A stretch of DNA of 64,000 bases from Candidatus Ozemobacteraceae bacterium. GTDB lineage: Bacteria; Muiribacteriota; Ozemobacteria; Ozemobacterales; Ozemobacteraceae. Positions 47,701 through 57,336 of this stretch are shown here, in pieces. The position numbers and the translations under genes were made by a program. The stretch covers positions 128,001-192,000 of the forward strand of contig OZ223236.1 of the NCBI GenBank assembly GCA_965140445.1. Reading direction: 5' to 3'. Numbering within the stretch: position 1 is the stretch's first letter; each line of letters starts with the position of its first letter. The notes below the pieces were generated by a model. The model worked only from the letters and a program-made list of their open reading frames with translations. It did no database searches and was not told where the DNA came from.

Positions 47701-49584
47701 CTAGAACTTGCTGTATAGTTCTGCCCAGAAAAGGTTGTAATCATAATCATTATTGAGACCACGACCACCACTAATTTTAGGGGTAGGACCATTGAGTTTC
47801 TGAGCATCGCCACTAATATCAAAATTTGTATAGCAAACTCTGAGATGCATCGCTTTTGAAAGCTGATATCTATATTCAAAAGTAAGAACCATAGCTTTTG
47901 GATCAGAAATCATTAAGCTGTTGAATCTATCATAAACAGTATTGGTTTTGTTGAAACCAGCAGGAATAGCACCTGTTGTGTGCCCAGCTGCAAGTTTTGC
48001 CATATCGTTGTTTACAGTATCATCAAGTTCATCAAGCCAATCGCCAGCGAGTCTGAAATAATGCTTAGTTCCCTGAGGTTTGTATTCAACCTGGAGTTTG
48101 AGATCATACATATTAGTAAGACCATTGTTGAACCATGAGTTTCCTCTTGAGATATCTTCGTAAGGAGTTTCAGGAATGCTGAGATATCTGAGATTGTTCA
48201 AAATTGCATATGGTCCAACGTTTTCGTCATCACCAGAAGTATAGCTAATTTTAGCTTTCCAATCTTTTTTCTGATCCCAGTTAATGGCGCCATGAGTCAT
48301 CCAACCCTGCATTTCAGGCTGAATATAGTTTGGCAAAGCAGCAGTTTTTGTGTATTCGGCACTATAATCTGTATACACAAGACCAAGATCATAAGTAAAA
48401 TGACCACATTTTCCTAATGGACCGCGGCTACCAAATTCAGCATCCCATCTGCTATCTTCTTTTTGCTGACCGGCAACAGTTGTAGAATTACCAAGAGTTC
48501 TTGCAGTGAGAAGGCCTGTTGGAACATATCTTCTGTTAATAAGATTTGGTTCATCCTGCCAATAGAGGTTCAAATAAGTTTTATGACCATGGAAATCAGC
48601 TTTCATATTAACGTTCCATACATTACGGAAGTCAACAGCAGCATCATCTTTGTAGTTTCCGGTGTGTCTGTCATATATAGATTGGAATTCAAAATTTACG
48701 CGGCCATATCTTTTTTCATATCTAACAGCATCAATATAATCAGCCATAACCATAAGGTGACCTGTAAAATAATAGGTTCTACCAAGAATTACAGTGCCAT
48801 TTGATTTCATGAAGTTCTTTGATTTCAAATATGCATAGTTAATAAAACCATCAGCAACCTTAGCGTTACTTCCAATTCCGCCAATACCAAAGATTCCATT
48901 ACCATTGCTTGCAGCTCTTCCAGCAACAGATGGACTACTTTGATTTGAAATTACGTATCTTGCTGTAACAGTTGTATTTTCATCAACCTGAGCATCAAAT
49001 TTAAGTCTAAACTGCATTTCTGAGAAAACGTTATTACTGTTACCAGCTCTTGCTGTTGCTGTAAGTGGATTAAGCGCCCAATCATTTTTGTGGATAATGC
49101 TAGTATGTCTTACAAGAATGTCGCCGCTAAGTTTAACTTTTTCAAATCCGCCTTTTTCAACGTAATCCTTGATTTCGTTAACATCAGCTTTAAGAATGCT
49201 TACATCTTCTTTTACTACCTGCATATCATCTTCAAGTGAAGTAACTTTTACACCGAGAAGAGCAAGTTCATCTGCAAATTCTACAGTAAGTTTTTCAAGA
49301 GTCTGAAGATCATCTTTGGTTACAAGGTTTGTTCCAAGACCTGATTCCATCATCTGCTCTACATGAGCCAACATTTTAGCTGTAGCAACAGCAACATCAA
49401 ATCTAGTTACCGTATTGGTACCTTTAAAAGAACCATCAGGATAACCTACCAGAATGCCATTTTTTGAAAGTTTCTCAAGAGCGGCCATTGCCCAATGAGT
49501 GCTTTTGACATCAGTAAAAGGAGCCGCTACAAGCGACGAACAACAAAAACAAACAAGTACAAATAACAACGTAAATCTTTTCAT
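47701..49584 (-). CDS. SLH-domain outer-membrane beta-barrel protein (OmpM-like), copy 2
   Basis: Signal peptide; FTDV..THWA...GILVGYPDGSFKG...TRFD SLH; coiled coil; amphipathic beta strands; terminal Phe (YSKF). Confidence 0.85.
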   Translation of the reverse strand: MKRFTLLFVLVCFCCSSLVAAPFTDVKSTHWAMAALEKLSKNGILVGYPDGSFKGTNTVTRFDVAVATAKMLAHVEQMMESGLGTNLVTKDDLQTLEKLTVEFADELALLGVKVTSLEDDMQVVKEDVSILKADVNEIKDYVEKGGFEKVKLSGDILVRHTSIIHKNDWALNPLTATARAGNSNNVFSEMQFRLKFDAQVDENTTVTARYVISNQSSPSVAGRAASNGNGIFGIGGIGSNAKVADGFINYAYLKSKNFMKSNGTVILGRTYYFTGHLMVMADYIDAVRYEKRYGRVNFEFQSIYDRHTGNYKDDAAVDFRNVWNVNMKADFHGHKTYLNLYWQDEPNLINRRYVPTGLLTARTLGNSTTVAGQQKEDSRWDAEFGSRGPLGKCGHFTYDLGLVYTDYSAEYTKTAALPNYIQPEMQGWMTHGAINWDQKKDWKAKISYTSGDDENVGPYAILNNLRYLSIPETPYEDISRGNSWFNNGLTNMYDLKLQVEYKPQGTKHYFRLAGDWLDELDDTVNNDMAKLAAGHTTGAIPAGFNKTNTVYDRFNSLMISDPKAMVLTFEYRYQLSKAMHLRVCYTNFDISGDAQKLNGPTPKISGGRGLNNDYDYNLFWAELYSKF

Positions 49585-49641
49585 CTTACAACCTTATTTT
49601 ACGAATTTTCTCCCACCGCAGATCTTATGTTGCGGCAAAAT

Positions 49642-49670
49642 ATGGTAAAAAAGATGTACCCTGTTGTCAA
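49642..49670 (-). promoter_or_regulatory. Sigma70 promoter of SLH-porin copy 2
   Basis: TTGACA-N17-TACCAT on minus strand, followed by a CCGCA/TGCGG hairpin. Confidence 0.7.
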
Positions 49671-50042
49671 CTAAGTTTTTTTGTGTTTTTTTTCATTCCC
49701 TCCAAGATCCCTTTAAAAAAAGAATCTTAAAGCAATTTATTTTTTCACCCACAAGCAAAAATATTACCTTATAATACCAAGTAATAAATTTTAAATCAAC
49801 AACTTTCATTATTTTAGATAAAAACAAATTGCTAGTTCTTATTTAAATTCTCGTTTCATTAAATTTTAAATCTACATTCCTTAATACTTAAATTTTCACT
49901 AAACTTGCTCAATATGAGCTGAACAAATTTAACCAACCTTTGGTTTAAACAAATTGCGGTTGCCAAAGTTTATTTTCCTTTCAATTTAAGCAATATGGTC
50001 AACTAGTCTAAACATTGAATTTTTTGAAAACCTCTAAAAGAG

Positions 50043-50073
50043 AAAAGCGGTCGGGCCTAAGCCCGACCGCTTT
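50043..50073 (-). terminator. Strong intrinsic terminator of SLH-porin copy 1
   Basis: AAAGCGGTCGGGC-CTAA-GCCCGACCGCTTT. Confidence 0.9.
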
Positions 50074-50101
50074 AATTGTGCGATTTATCTACGAGTTCAA
50101 A

Positions 50102-52044
50102 TTAGAACTGGCTGTAGATTTCTGCCCAGAACATGTTGTAGTCATAGTCTGCGTTGAGACCACGGCCAGCACTGATTTTCTGAGTAGCGCCGATAGCTTT
50201 CTGTGCATTTCCAGTAAGATCGAACTGAGTGTAACCAACTCTGATCTTAGTGTTTTCTGCAAGCTGATAGCGATATTCAAAAGTGATAACCATAGCTTCT
50301 GCATCTGCAACACCGAGGTTGTTCCAAGAATCATAAGCAGTGTTAGTTTTAACAGCTGGAACAGCAGCGTTAGTGAGACCAGCACCAGCGATGTGACGAG
50401 TCATATCGTTAACAGCTGAATCTTTCATTTCGTCCATCCAGTCGCCTGCAAGTCTGAAATAATGTTTGCTGTTTCTTGGTCTGTATTCTGCCTGGAGTTT
50501 AAGATCATACATGTTAGTAAGACCATTGCGGAAGTATACGTTACCACGGCTGATATCTTCATAAGGAGTTTCGATACCATCCTGATATCTCTGATCGTTA
50601 TCAAGAGCATATCCACCGATTGATTCGTCATCAGCAAAAGTGTAGCTAAGTTTTGCAGCCCACTCACGTTTGCTATCCCATTTTACTGCAGCGTGACCCA
50701 TCCAACCTTTAAGGTCTGGAGAAATCCAAGGGTTAGCAGCTGTAGCAGCAGTGTTTACTACGTCAAGTTCATAGTTAGTGTATACGAAACCAAGGTCATA
50801 ATCCCAATGTCCGTTAGCACCGATTGGGCCTTTTGAACCGAATTCTACGTCCCAACGTTTGTCGCTGCTCTGAGTTCCAGCTGCAAGAGGAGTAGCTGAG
50901 TTTACAACTGCACCATTAGTAGCCATGAAAGGAGCTGTAGCGGCTGCGAAGAGAGGAGTAATTCTTCTCTGAGCGAGGAGGTTTGGTTCATCCTGCATGT
51001 AGAAGTTCAAATAGAGATCGTGGTCTCTGTATTTTGTAGCAAGGTTCATGTTCCATACGTTGCGGAAATCAACTGCTGCGTTATCTTTGTAGTTACCAAC
51101 GTGTCTATCATAGATAGCCTGGAATACTACGTCGATGTCGCCACTTCTTTTGTAATATCTGATAGCGTCAACATAGTCATTAAGGAGCATGCCATGACCA
51201 GCTGTGTAGAAGTTTCTACCGAAAGTGAAGTCGCCACCGAAACGGAACATATCTTTGATATGTAAGTAAGCAAGGTCAACAACTCTGTCAGTTACAGTGT
51301 TAACACCGATTCCAGCAGAACCGAAAGCGCCGCCCATTGCAGACTGGCCACCGTTAACGTTGTCGAGATTTTTTGCGAAGAGACTCCAGCGAGCTACTGC
51401 AGTGATGTTTTCATCAATGTGAGCTTTGAACTTGAATCTGATCTGGCTTTCTGTGAGAGAGTTGTTGCTGTTACCAGCGTTAACTCTTGCAGTTGCTGGA
51501 GCTCCGGCTACGGCCGAATCCAAAAGGAACGTTCCAGTCATTTTTATGAGTAAGGCTAGTATGTCTTACAAGCATATCGCCTGAAAGTTTTACTTTTTCC
51601 ATTCCGCCCTTAGCCATGTAATCTTTGATTCCTTCTACGTCTCTCTTGAGCATAGAAACATCTTCTTTTACAACCTGCATATCGTCTTCGAGAGCAGTTA
51701 CTTTCACGCCGAGGAGTGCAAGTTCGTCTGCGAATTCAACAGTAAGTTTTTCAAGAGTCTGGAGGTCAGACTTAGTTACAAGGTTAGTGCCGATACCAGA
51801 TTCCATCATCTGTTCAACATTAGCGAGCATTTTAGCTGTGATCATAGCAAGAGCATAACGAGTTACAGCTTTGCGGCCTTTGAATGTTCCATCAGGGAAG
51901 CCCTGAAGAATGCCTTTAGCGGCAAGTTTGTTCACTGCATCATATGCCCAGTGTGAGAAAGGTACATCTGAAAAAGGATTAGCGGAAGCAGCTATAAGTT
52001 GTAAGAAGCATAGCAGCTACGAGAAGGATTGATAGACGTTTCAT
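50102..52044 (-). CDS. SLH-domain outer-membrane beta-barrel protein (OmpM-like), copy 1; two apparent +1 frameshifts (sequencing error or pseudogene)
   Basis: ATG 52044 after AAGGGG gives MKRLSILLVAAMLLTT, shifting near 51995 to IAASANPFSDVPFSHWAYDAVNKLAAKG (SLH); second shift near 51525 joins ORFs 51480-51935 and 50102-51541; colinear with copy 2; ends YSQF. Confidence 0.85.
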
Positions 52045-52302
52045 AAATATTCCCCTTATAGGTTTTTAAATTAAAATTCGAGTCGGGGTTCGTCCATACT
52101 TTTGATTTCTTCCTACTTCTTGTCCGCCGTTTTCACTGAAGTATCCATGTTGCCTTTTCGTGTCTACGGTTAACATTTTTCGGTTTCAACCAGGTTCTGG
52201 TTTTCGCCCCTCTAAGTCTTAAGGCTTACGCTTTCAGGCTACCTACTTGAGTTACACCTCCTTTAATGACACCTGTCAGGTAGTTTTCGCCTAAGGCTCA
52301 GT
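52045..52302 (-). promoter_or_regulatory. Long structured 5' leader of SLH-porin copy 1
   Basis: ~258 nt between promoter and ATG; internal AAAGGAGGTG without a properly spaced start codon; several stems and repeated GAAA(A) motifs. Confidence 0.55.
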
Positions 52303-52308
52303 TGCAGA

Positions 52309-52337
52309 AGTATATGCAAAGAAAAAACTATAGTCAA
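52309..52337 (-). promoter_or_regulatory. Strong sigma70 promoter
   Basis: TTGACT-N17-TATACT with an upstream A-tract. Confidence 0.8.
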
Positions 52338-52429
52338 GTACTTTTTTTTCGTAAAAGCAATCAATGTACCGTTTCTTCGCATTTACAGCCAAAAATCACT
52401 CCATTTAAGAATAAAAGATTTCTACTTTT

Positions 52430-53374
52430 TTATTGAGATGAGCTGAACTGTCTATAGATATCGCACCCAAGCTGTTTAAACATTTGAGCGTTCTCAAGAG
52501 AAGTAATCCACTTCTCAGGAATCTTATTTAAACCGTTCCATGCTCCAAACATCGCCCCCGCCATTGCTCCAACCGCATCGGTATCACCGCCGGAATTTAC
52601 GGCACCAATAAGCATTTCTTCAAAGTTATCATTAAACTTTAAGAACCAATACAATGCCACAGAGAAAGCCTCTACAGAGTATCCACTATTCCCAAGCGTT
52701 TTTATCGCCATAACCGGGTCAGCCGTTAACAACTCTTTTAATTGCTTCATCTTTTTGGGAAAATCTGGGATATAAGGCGCTGCTTTTTCAATTGCCTTGC
52801 TAATTATTGTATCAACATCAAACTCTGTTCTTTCGAACCCCATCTGTAATATAGAGCAAAAAGCAAGAGCTATCCCCACTACCTTCTTGTCTGTATGGGT
52901 AACTTTGGTAGACTTGTCGATTGCATTTCTTAAAAGCACTTCAGACCTGCAAAAAGCCATAGCATACGGAACAGTACGACATGAAGCGCAAATACCCGCT
53001 GAAAGATGCCCGGACTGGTTCCACGGAGCTCCCGCAGCAAGTTTTCTACAAGATTTCATCAAAGTGTTTCCGGGAAAACGCCACTCAGATCTTTTCTTCT
53101 GGGACTGAAACCAATCTACAAATTTTCCAGCAATATCGTCTACAGAAAAACCTTTAGCGTCAATCAAGCTTTTCGCAAGAATAAGCATCTGCTGAGTTTC
53201 ATCAGAATATTGCCCCGGTCTTAAATGGCTTACTGGATGAGAAGGAAAAGCTTTTACATAAAATCTTATGGGCTCGATTCCCTCTCCTGGATCTCTAAAA
53301 ACATCTTCTATTGGAGTTCCAAAAGCATCTCCAATGGCGTAACCAAGTAAAGTGGCCTGGAATTTTTCAATCAT
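52430..53374 (-). CDS. ADP-ribosylglycohydrolase (DraG/ARH) family protein
   Basis: GYAIGDAFG, GQYSDETQQ, TH, AVNSGGDTDAVGAMAGAMFGA. Confidence 0.9.
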   Translation of the reverse strand: MIEKFQATLLGYAIGDAFGTPIEDVFRDPGEGIEPIRFYVKAFPSHPVSHLRPGQYSDETQQMLILAKSLIDAKGFSVDDIAGKFVDWFQSQKKRSEWRFPGNTLMKSCRKLAAGAPWNQSGHLSAGICASCRTVPYAMAFCRSEVLLRNAIDKSTKVTHTDKKVVGIALAFCSILQMGFERTEFDVDTIISKAIEKAAPYIPDFPKKMKQLKELLTADPVMAIKTLGNSGYSVEAFSVALYWFLKFNDNFEEMLIGAVNSGGDTDAVGAMAGAMFGAWNGLNKIPEKWITSLENAQMFKQLGCDIYRQFSSSQ

Positions 53375-53421
53375 TTTTCAGCCCTCAATTGCAGAATGGG
53401 AATAACCGGAATGACTCAAAT

Positions 53422-55607
53422 TCAAGATTTTTTCCCTTGAATCATTTCACGAATCTTTGCCTCTCGCAAAGCAAGAAAGACACCTGGATTTCTTTCCAGA
53501 AATCTATAAAACTCCATAACATCAATTGCATAAACAATTGAATCTTCTTCAGCATGGAAAGCAAATCGTTGAGAACCTCTTCTTGGAGTGGCATAAATCT
53601 TGGCCAGGAAACTCCCTCGGCAAGCCCTCAGCATAGGTTTACCAGCTCTTTCGACAACCACAGCCCCAGAATCTATCAAAAAGAAATTTTCGCGCGTGGT
53701 TCCCTGATAAACAACCACTTCACCTTTTTTAAAGCGGATTCTAGACATAATCCCCTGCAATTGCGTTCTTTGAGTAGCCGAAAGATTTCTCAGCAATGGA
53801 GTGTCATCAAAAAGATCCCAGGTTCTATATTCTCTGTTTTGAGCAATAATCTTCATTTGACGAGCAATTTCAGAACCACGGATAAAATAAAGGAAATCAT
53901 ATTTATCCATTACAAGAACTTTAAGATCTGAATCAGCTATGACATTTGCATTTCTGGGATGATTTAAAATCATCGATGTCTCACCGATGTAATCATTGTT
54001 TGAGTAAAACTTAATCTCCTGACCATCTTTTTCCACTTTTGCGCGACCGGAAACAATCATAAAGAACCTGTCACCAACTGTATCTCTATGAATTATAGTC
54101 TCGCCTGCTTTAAAATGCTCTACTCTGACCAGAGTCAAGAATTCCCGCGCCTTTTCAATCGGCAAGCCTGAGAACAAATCAATGTGATTTAAAACATCGA
54201 GATATTCTAAAGCGTCGTTGCTAGATGGTGGAGCTACAGGTATAACAACCGACTCCTCACGACCATCCGGAGCTTTTACCAACCCTGAATCCTCAGGAAC
54301 ATTTTTGTCAGAAACGTGGACAAGTCTAATTCTTTCTTTTACCGACTCCGGCAAATCTGCTAGATTCTGCATTGGAGTATGAAGTGGTGGAATTCCAGCT
54401 TCATGCAGGATTAATGAATGGTGCCAGGGAAAATTTGTCAGCTCAATCATTCTATAGCGATTAACATCACCCTTTTCGAATAATTGTCTGAATGTTTCTG
54501 GGTCGTACAGGGAGTCAGAAGAGTATGCAAAACTCTTTCCCTGAAAATACACCTCAAACCCTACAGTAGGTATTGAGTGGAGAGTATAGAAAAAACGAAA
54601 TTCCCCACCATTAATTCTTATTGGAACCTGTAGAGTTACAGGATGAAAATGAAAAAGGTTCATGAAAGTTTTGTAATCAAGACCAGTTAAAGACTGATAC
54701 TTTCTGACAAAACTATCCATAATTGTCTCAGTTGAATACAGATTGATCTTTTTCTCTTCGAGCATCTTCTGCAAAATGCCTGAATCATGATCTGCATGGC
54801 AATGCGTCAAAATACAATCATCAATTAATCTAGGATTAATATCCATAGCCTTAAGCCATGAAGTTGAATCTACAGGAGGATCAACAAGAATCCCGCGTTT
54901 ATTAACCCACAAAATAAAACCACTTGTCATTTCTTTTGGGTCAAAGCCAGAACCAGAACCAATTACCGTGACACCAAAAAGTGGCGGTTCAAAAGGCGTT
55001 TTTCCTTTAGGTTTTTCCTCTGGCTTTAAGCCGAAACTAACATCTAACGAAACTTCAGCTAAAATATTCTTTCCATCAACTACGCGGAGTGTGTCTCGAG
55101 TTCTTTCAAGGGCCAAGTCACCGAAAGAACGCGATTATCTGGCCCCCAGGGAACTCCGGCTGCCATATCTGAAAGCTCGGCTTTTCGCTTTCCAGAGAGA
55201 CTCATAGGACGCAAAAATTCCATTTCTGCGCGTAAATTTGGTATTAGATCTCTGTTGATACCATAGGGATATTCTCTCACAAGCTGGATATTGTCCGGGC
55301 CTAAAACAGCTTCTCGCAATACTCTGAGGATAACTTCAATTTGATGTCTCTGACCAATTAACTTGATGGAGCGTCTTTTTATGAAGTAGTTATAATAGAA
55401 TGGGAATTCAAAATCAGCAAGGGAAACGCCCCTATCCGCCGAGAACATTCTATTGGGGATAACAAAAGTATCAGGAACATCACCAATAATGCTCACTGAA
55501 TCTTTAATAGTTTCAGGCGGAGCCCCAACCTGAAGCACCCCAGAAGGAGTCTTTATCAGGGTCCCTCCCCTGGGTAACTGTATCACCTCTACAGACATAC
55601 TACTCAA
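53422..55607 (-). CDS. MBL-fold cyclic-nucleotide phosphodiesterase with two cNMP-binding domains; one apparent 1-nt deletion near 55130
   Basis: N-part LPRGG...QVGAPPETIKD (ORF 55080-55607) continues in another frame as SFGDLALERT... with VDPP, THCHADHDSG, HSIP, HEAG, LHTP and two CNB domains (GE..M..PRNANV). Confidence 0.85.
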
Positions 55608-55710
55608 CCATTTAACCTTTTACGTAATGAAGGATAAACAAAACATTCTCTAAATGCAATAATATTAATTATATGATCTTGGCTATCAACGACTAACGGC
55701 ACAGCAAACA

Positions 55711-56505
55711 TCAGGCCCTCCAATGGAGATCGGAATATTTTTTTTCCGAAAGTTCCTCAATTAATTCCCTGTCTTCGGCGGAAACCTCTCTTTCCGTTAG
55801 TATCAATTCAAACTTTTCTGAAAAATTCTTTGCAATTAAATCTGGAAGCCTTGCGATTTCATTTTGACTTAAGCAATCTGATAAACTTGAAATTTTTAGA
55901 TTCCTCCCGGCGGAATCCTTATTAAAAAATATTTCTTCTGGCGGCGCAATCAGCGAACACGGAATAGAACCATGAACCGTCAAACAATCCCTTTTTGCAA
56001 TGCCAGCAGCACCTACCAGCTTTTTTCCATTCATAAAAATAGAGTGTCCAGCCGCAACTGCGTAACAATGGGCTCTAGAACCTGAATCCAGACTTTTTTC
56101 AGGAGCAGCAAATTCAGCATCCAGCCCCAGTTCTTGCAAGCCAAGAACAACAGGATCTACAAGCAACTTAAACATACTTAAAAAAGTCTTATCTTTTGCC
56201 TTTTTCTGCAAAAATTCAATAGGCGCTCCCATCGAAAAGGTAATCTCATCGGCATGAAACACCATCTTCCCGCCAGAAGCTCTTCTGACCATATTAATCC
56301 CTATTTTTTTCGCGACCTCCATATCAACCAGCTTTTCCACAGGTTGGTTGTAACCAAATGACAGACAATATGGCCGCCACTTATAAAACCTCAAAAAAGC
56401 ATAGCTTTTTGAATTGGCCAGGGCTGAAGCTATGACTTCATCGAAAGCCATGTTCTCTTTTCCGGAGTAGGTAGCCAATCTGTAATAGTGAAGATTTTCA
56501 AGCAT
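55711..56505 (-). CDS. Lipoate-protein ligase A / LipM-like octanoyltransferase family protein
   Basis: NMAFDE, LRFYKW...SFGYNQ, VRRASGG..VFH, GKKLVGAA, HGSI. Confidence 0.88.
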   Translation of the reverse strand: MLENLHYYRLATYSGKENMAFDEVIASALANSKSYAFLRFYKWRPYCLSFGYNQPVEKLVDMEVAKKIGINMVRRASGGKMVFHADEITFSMGAPIEFLQKKAKDKTFLSMFKLLVDPVVLGLQELGLDAEFAAPEKSLDSGSRAHCYAVAAGHSIFMNGKKLVGAAGIAKRDCLTVHGSIPCSLIAPPEEIFFNKDSAGRNLKISSLSDCLSQNEIARLPDLIAKNFSEKFELILTEREVSAEDRELIEELSEKKYSDLHWRA

Positions 56506-56754
56506 AGTAAGATAAATTAAACAATCAAAGAACCATTTCAAGGTCTTTTTTCAGCTAAAAATCACCACAAACAAAAACAAACATATAAAAACAAATTAAA
56601 GCAGTTTATTTCACCTGAAGTTAAAATATTCAGAAAAAAACAGTTTGTATGTCTGTGTATCTCAGTGTTTATTTTTGTCGTCACTAACACCCGAAGCTTT
56701 ACTCTGACACGCAAATGCGGTAGTTTTAAATCAATTCCAAAAAGAGAATGAAAA

Positions 56755-57336
56755 ATGAAAAATAGTATTTTGAACTTAAATCCAGTGATCCACGACTTCC
56801 TTACCTTAAAAAAAATTCGCAGAACGGGATGGCAACTGAGAGGAATTAAAGACGCAGAGTCTCTTGCAGACCACTGCTTCGGTGTAGTCTTCCTCACATA
56901 CCTCCTGGCTGATCTGATGCAAATGGAGATAGATAAAAATCACGCAGTTTCCCTTTCAATAATCCACGAGCTTGGAGAATGCAGGGTTGGCGACATCCCA
57001 TATACCGCACTGAAGTATTTTCCAAACAAATCAGAAATTGAGCAGGAAGCAGTGAAAGACATTCTTTCGCCACTTGGCGCAAAAGTAGTTGAAGAAAATT
57101 CTGAGTTGTTCAAAGAATTTGAAACGGGATCAACACTTGAAGCCAGGTTTGTCAAAGCAATTGATAAGTTGGAAATGATGATTACTGCAGCAGAATACGA
57201 AAAAACCGGCTTTGCTTCACTGGTGGATTTTTGGGAGAATGAATCCACCTTTAGAAGTTTCGAAGAGTTCCCTTTAATATCCGACTATGCACTAACCTTA
57301 AAAGAAAATAGAAACCTAAGGCTAAGCGGAAAATAA
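56755..57336 (+). CDS. HD-domain hydrolase (YfbR/HDDC2-like 5'-deoxynucleotidase)
   Basis: LKKIRRTGW...ESLADH, IHELGE...GDI, EARFVKAIDKLEM. Confidence 0.88.
   Translation: MKNSILNLNPVIHDFLTLKKIRRTGWQLRGIKDAESLADHCFGVVFLTYLLADLMQMEIDKNHAVSLSIIHELGECRVGDIPYTALKYFPNKSEIEQEAVKDILSPLGAKVVEENSELFKEFETGSTLEARFVKAIDKLEMMITAAEYEKTGFASLVDFWENESTFRSFEEFPLISDYALTLKENRNLRLSGK

Noticed and set aside
49680..50040. AT-rich spacer between SLH-porin paralogs as an invertible switch or recombination site
   Set aside because: No flanking inverted repeats seen and no recombinase in the window; each gene has its own fixed promoter
52045..52302. tRNA, SRP RNA, tmRNA or RNase P RNA
   Set aside because: No cloverleaf/TTCGA arm, SRP GGAA loop motif, tmRNA termini or RNase P conserved helices seen
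55080..55140. Programmed ribosomal frameshift in the PDE gene
   Set aside because: No X XXY YYZ slippery heptamer or clear stimulatory structure; other single-base indels nearby point to sequence error
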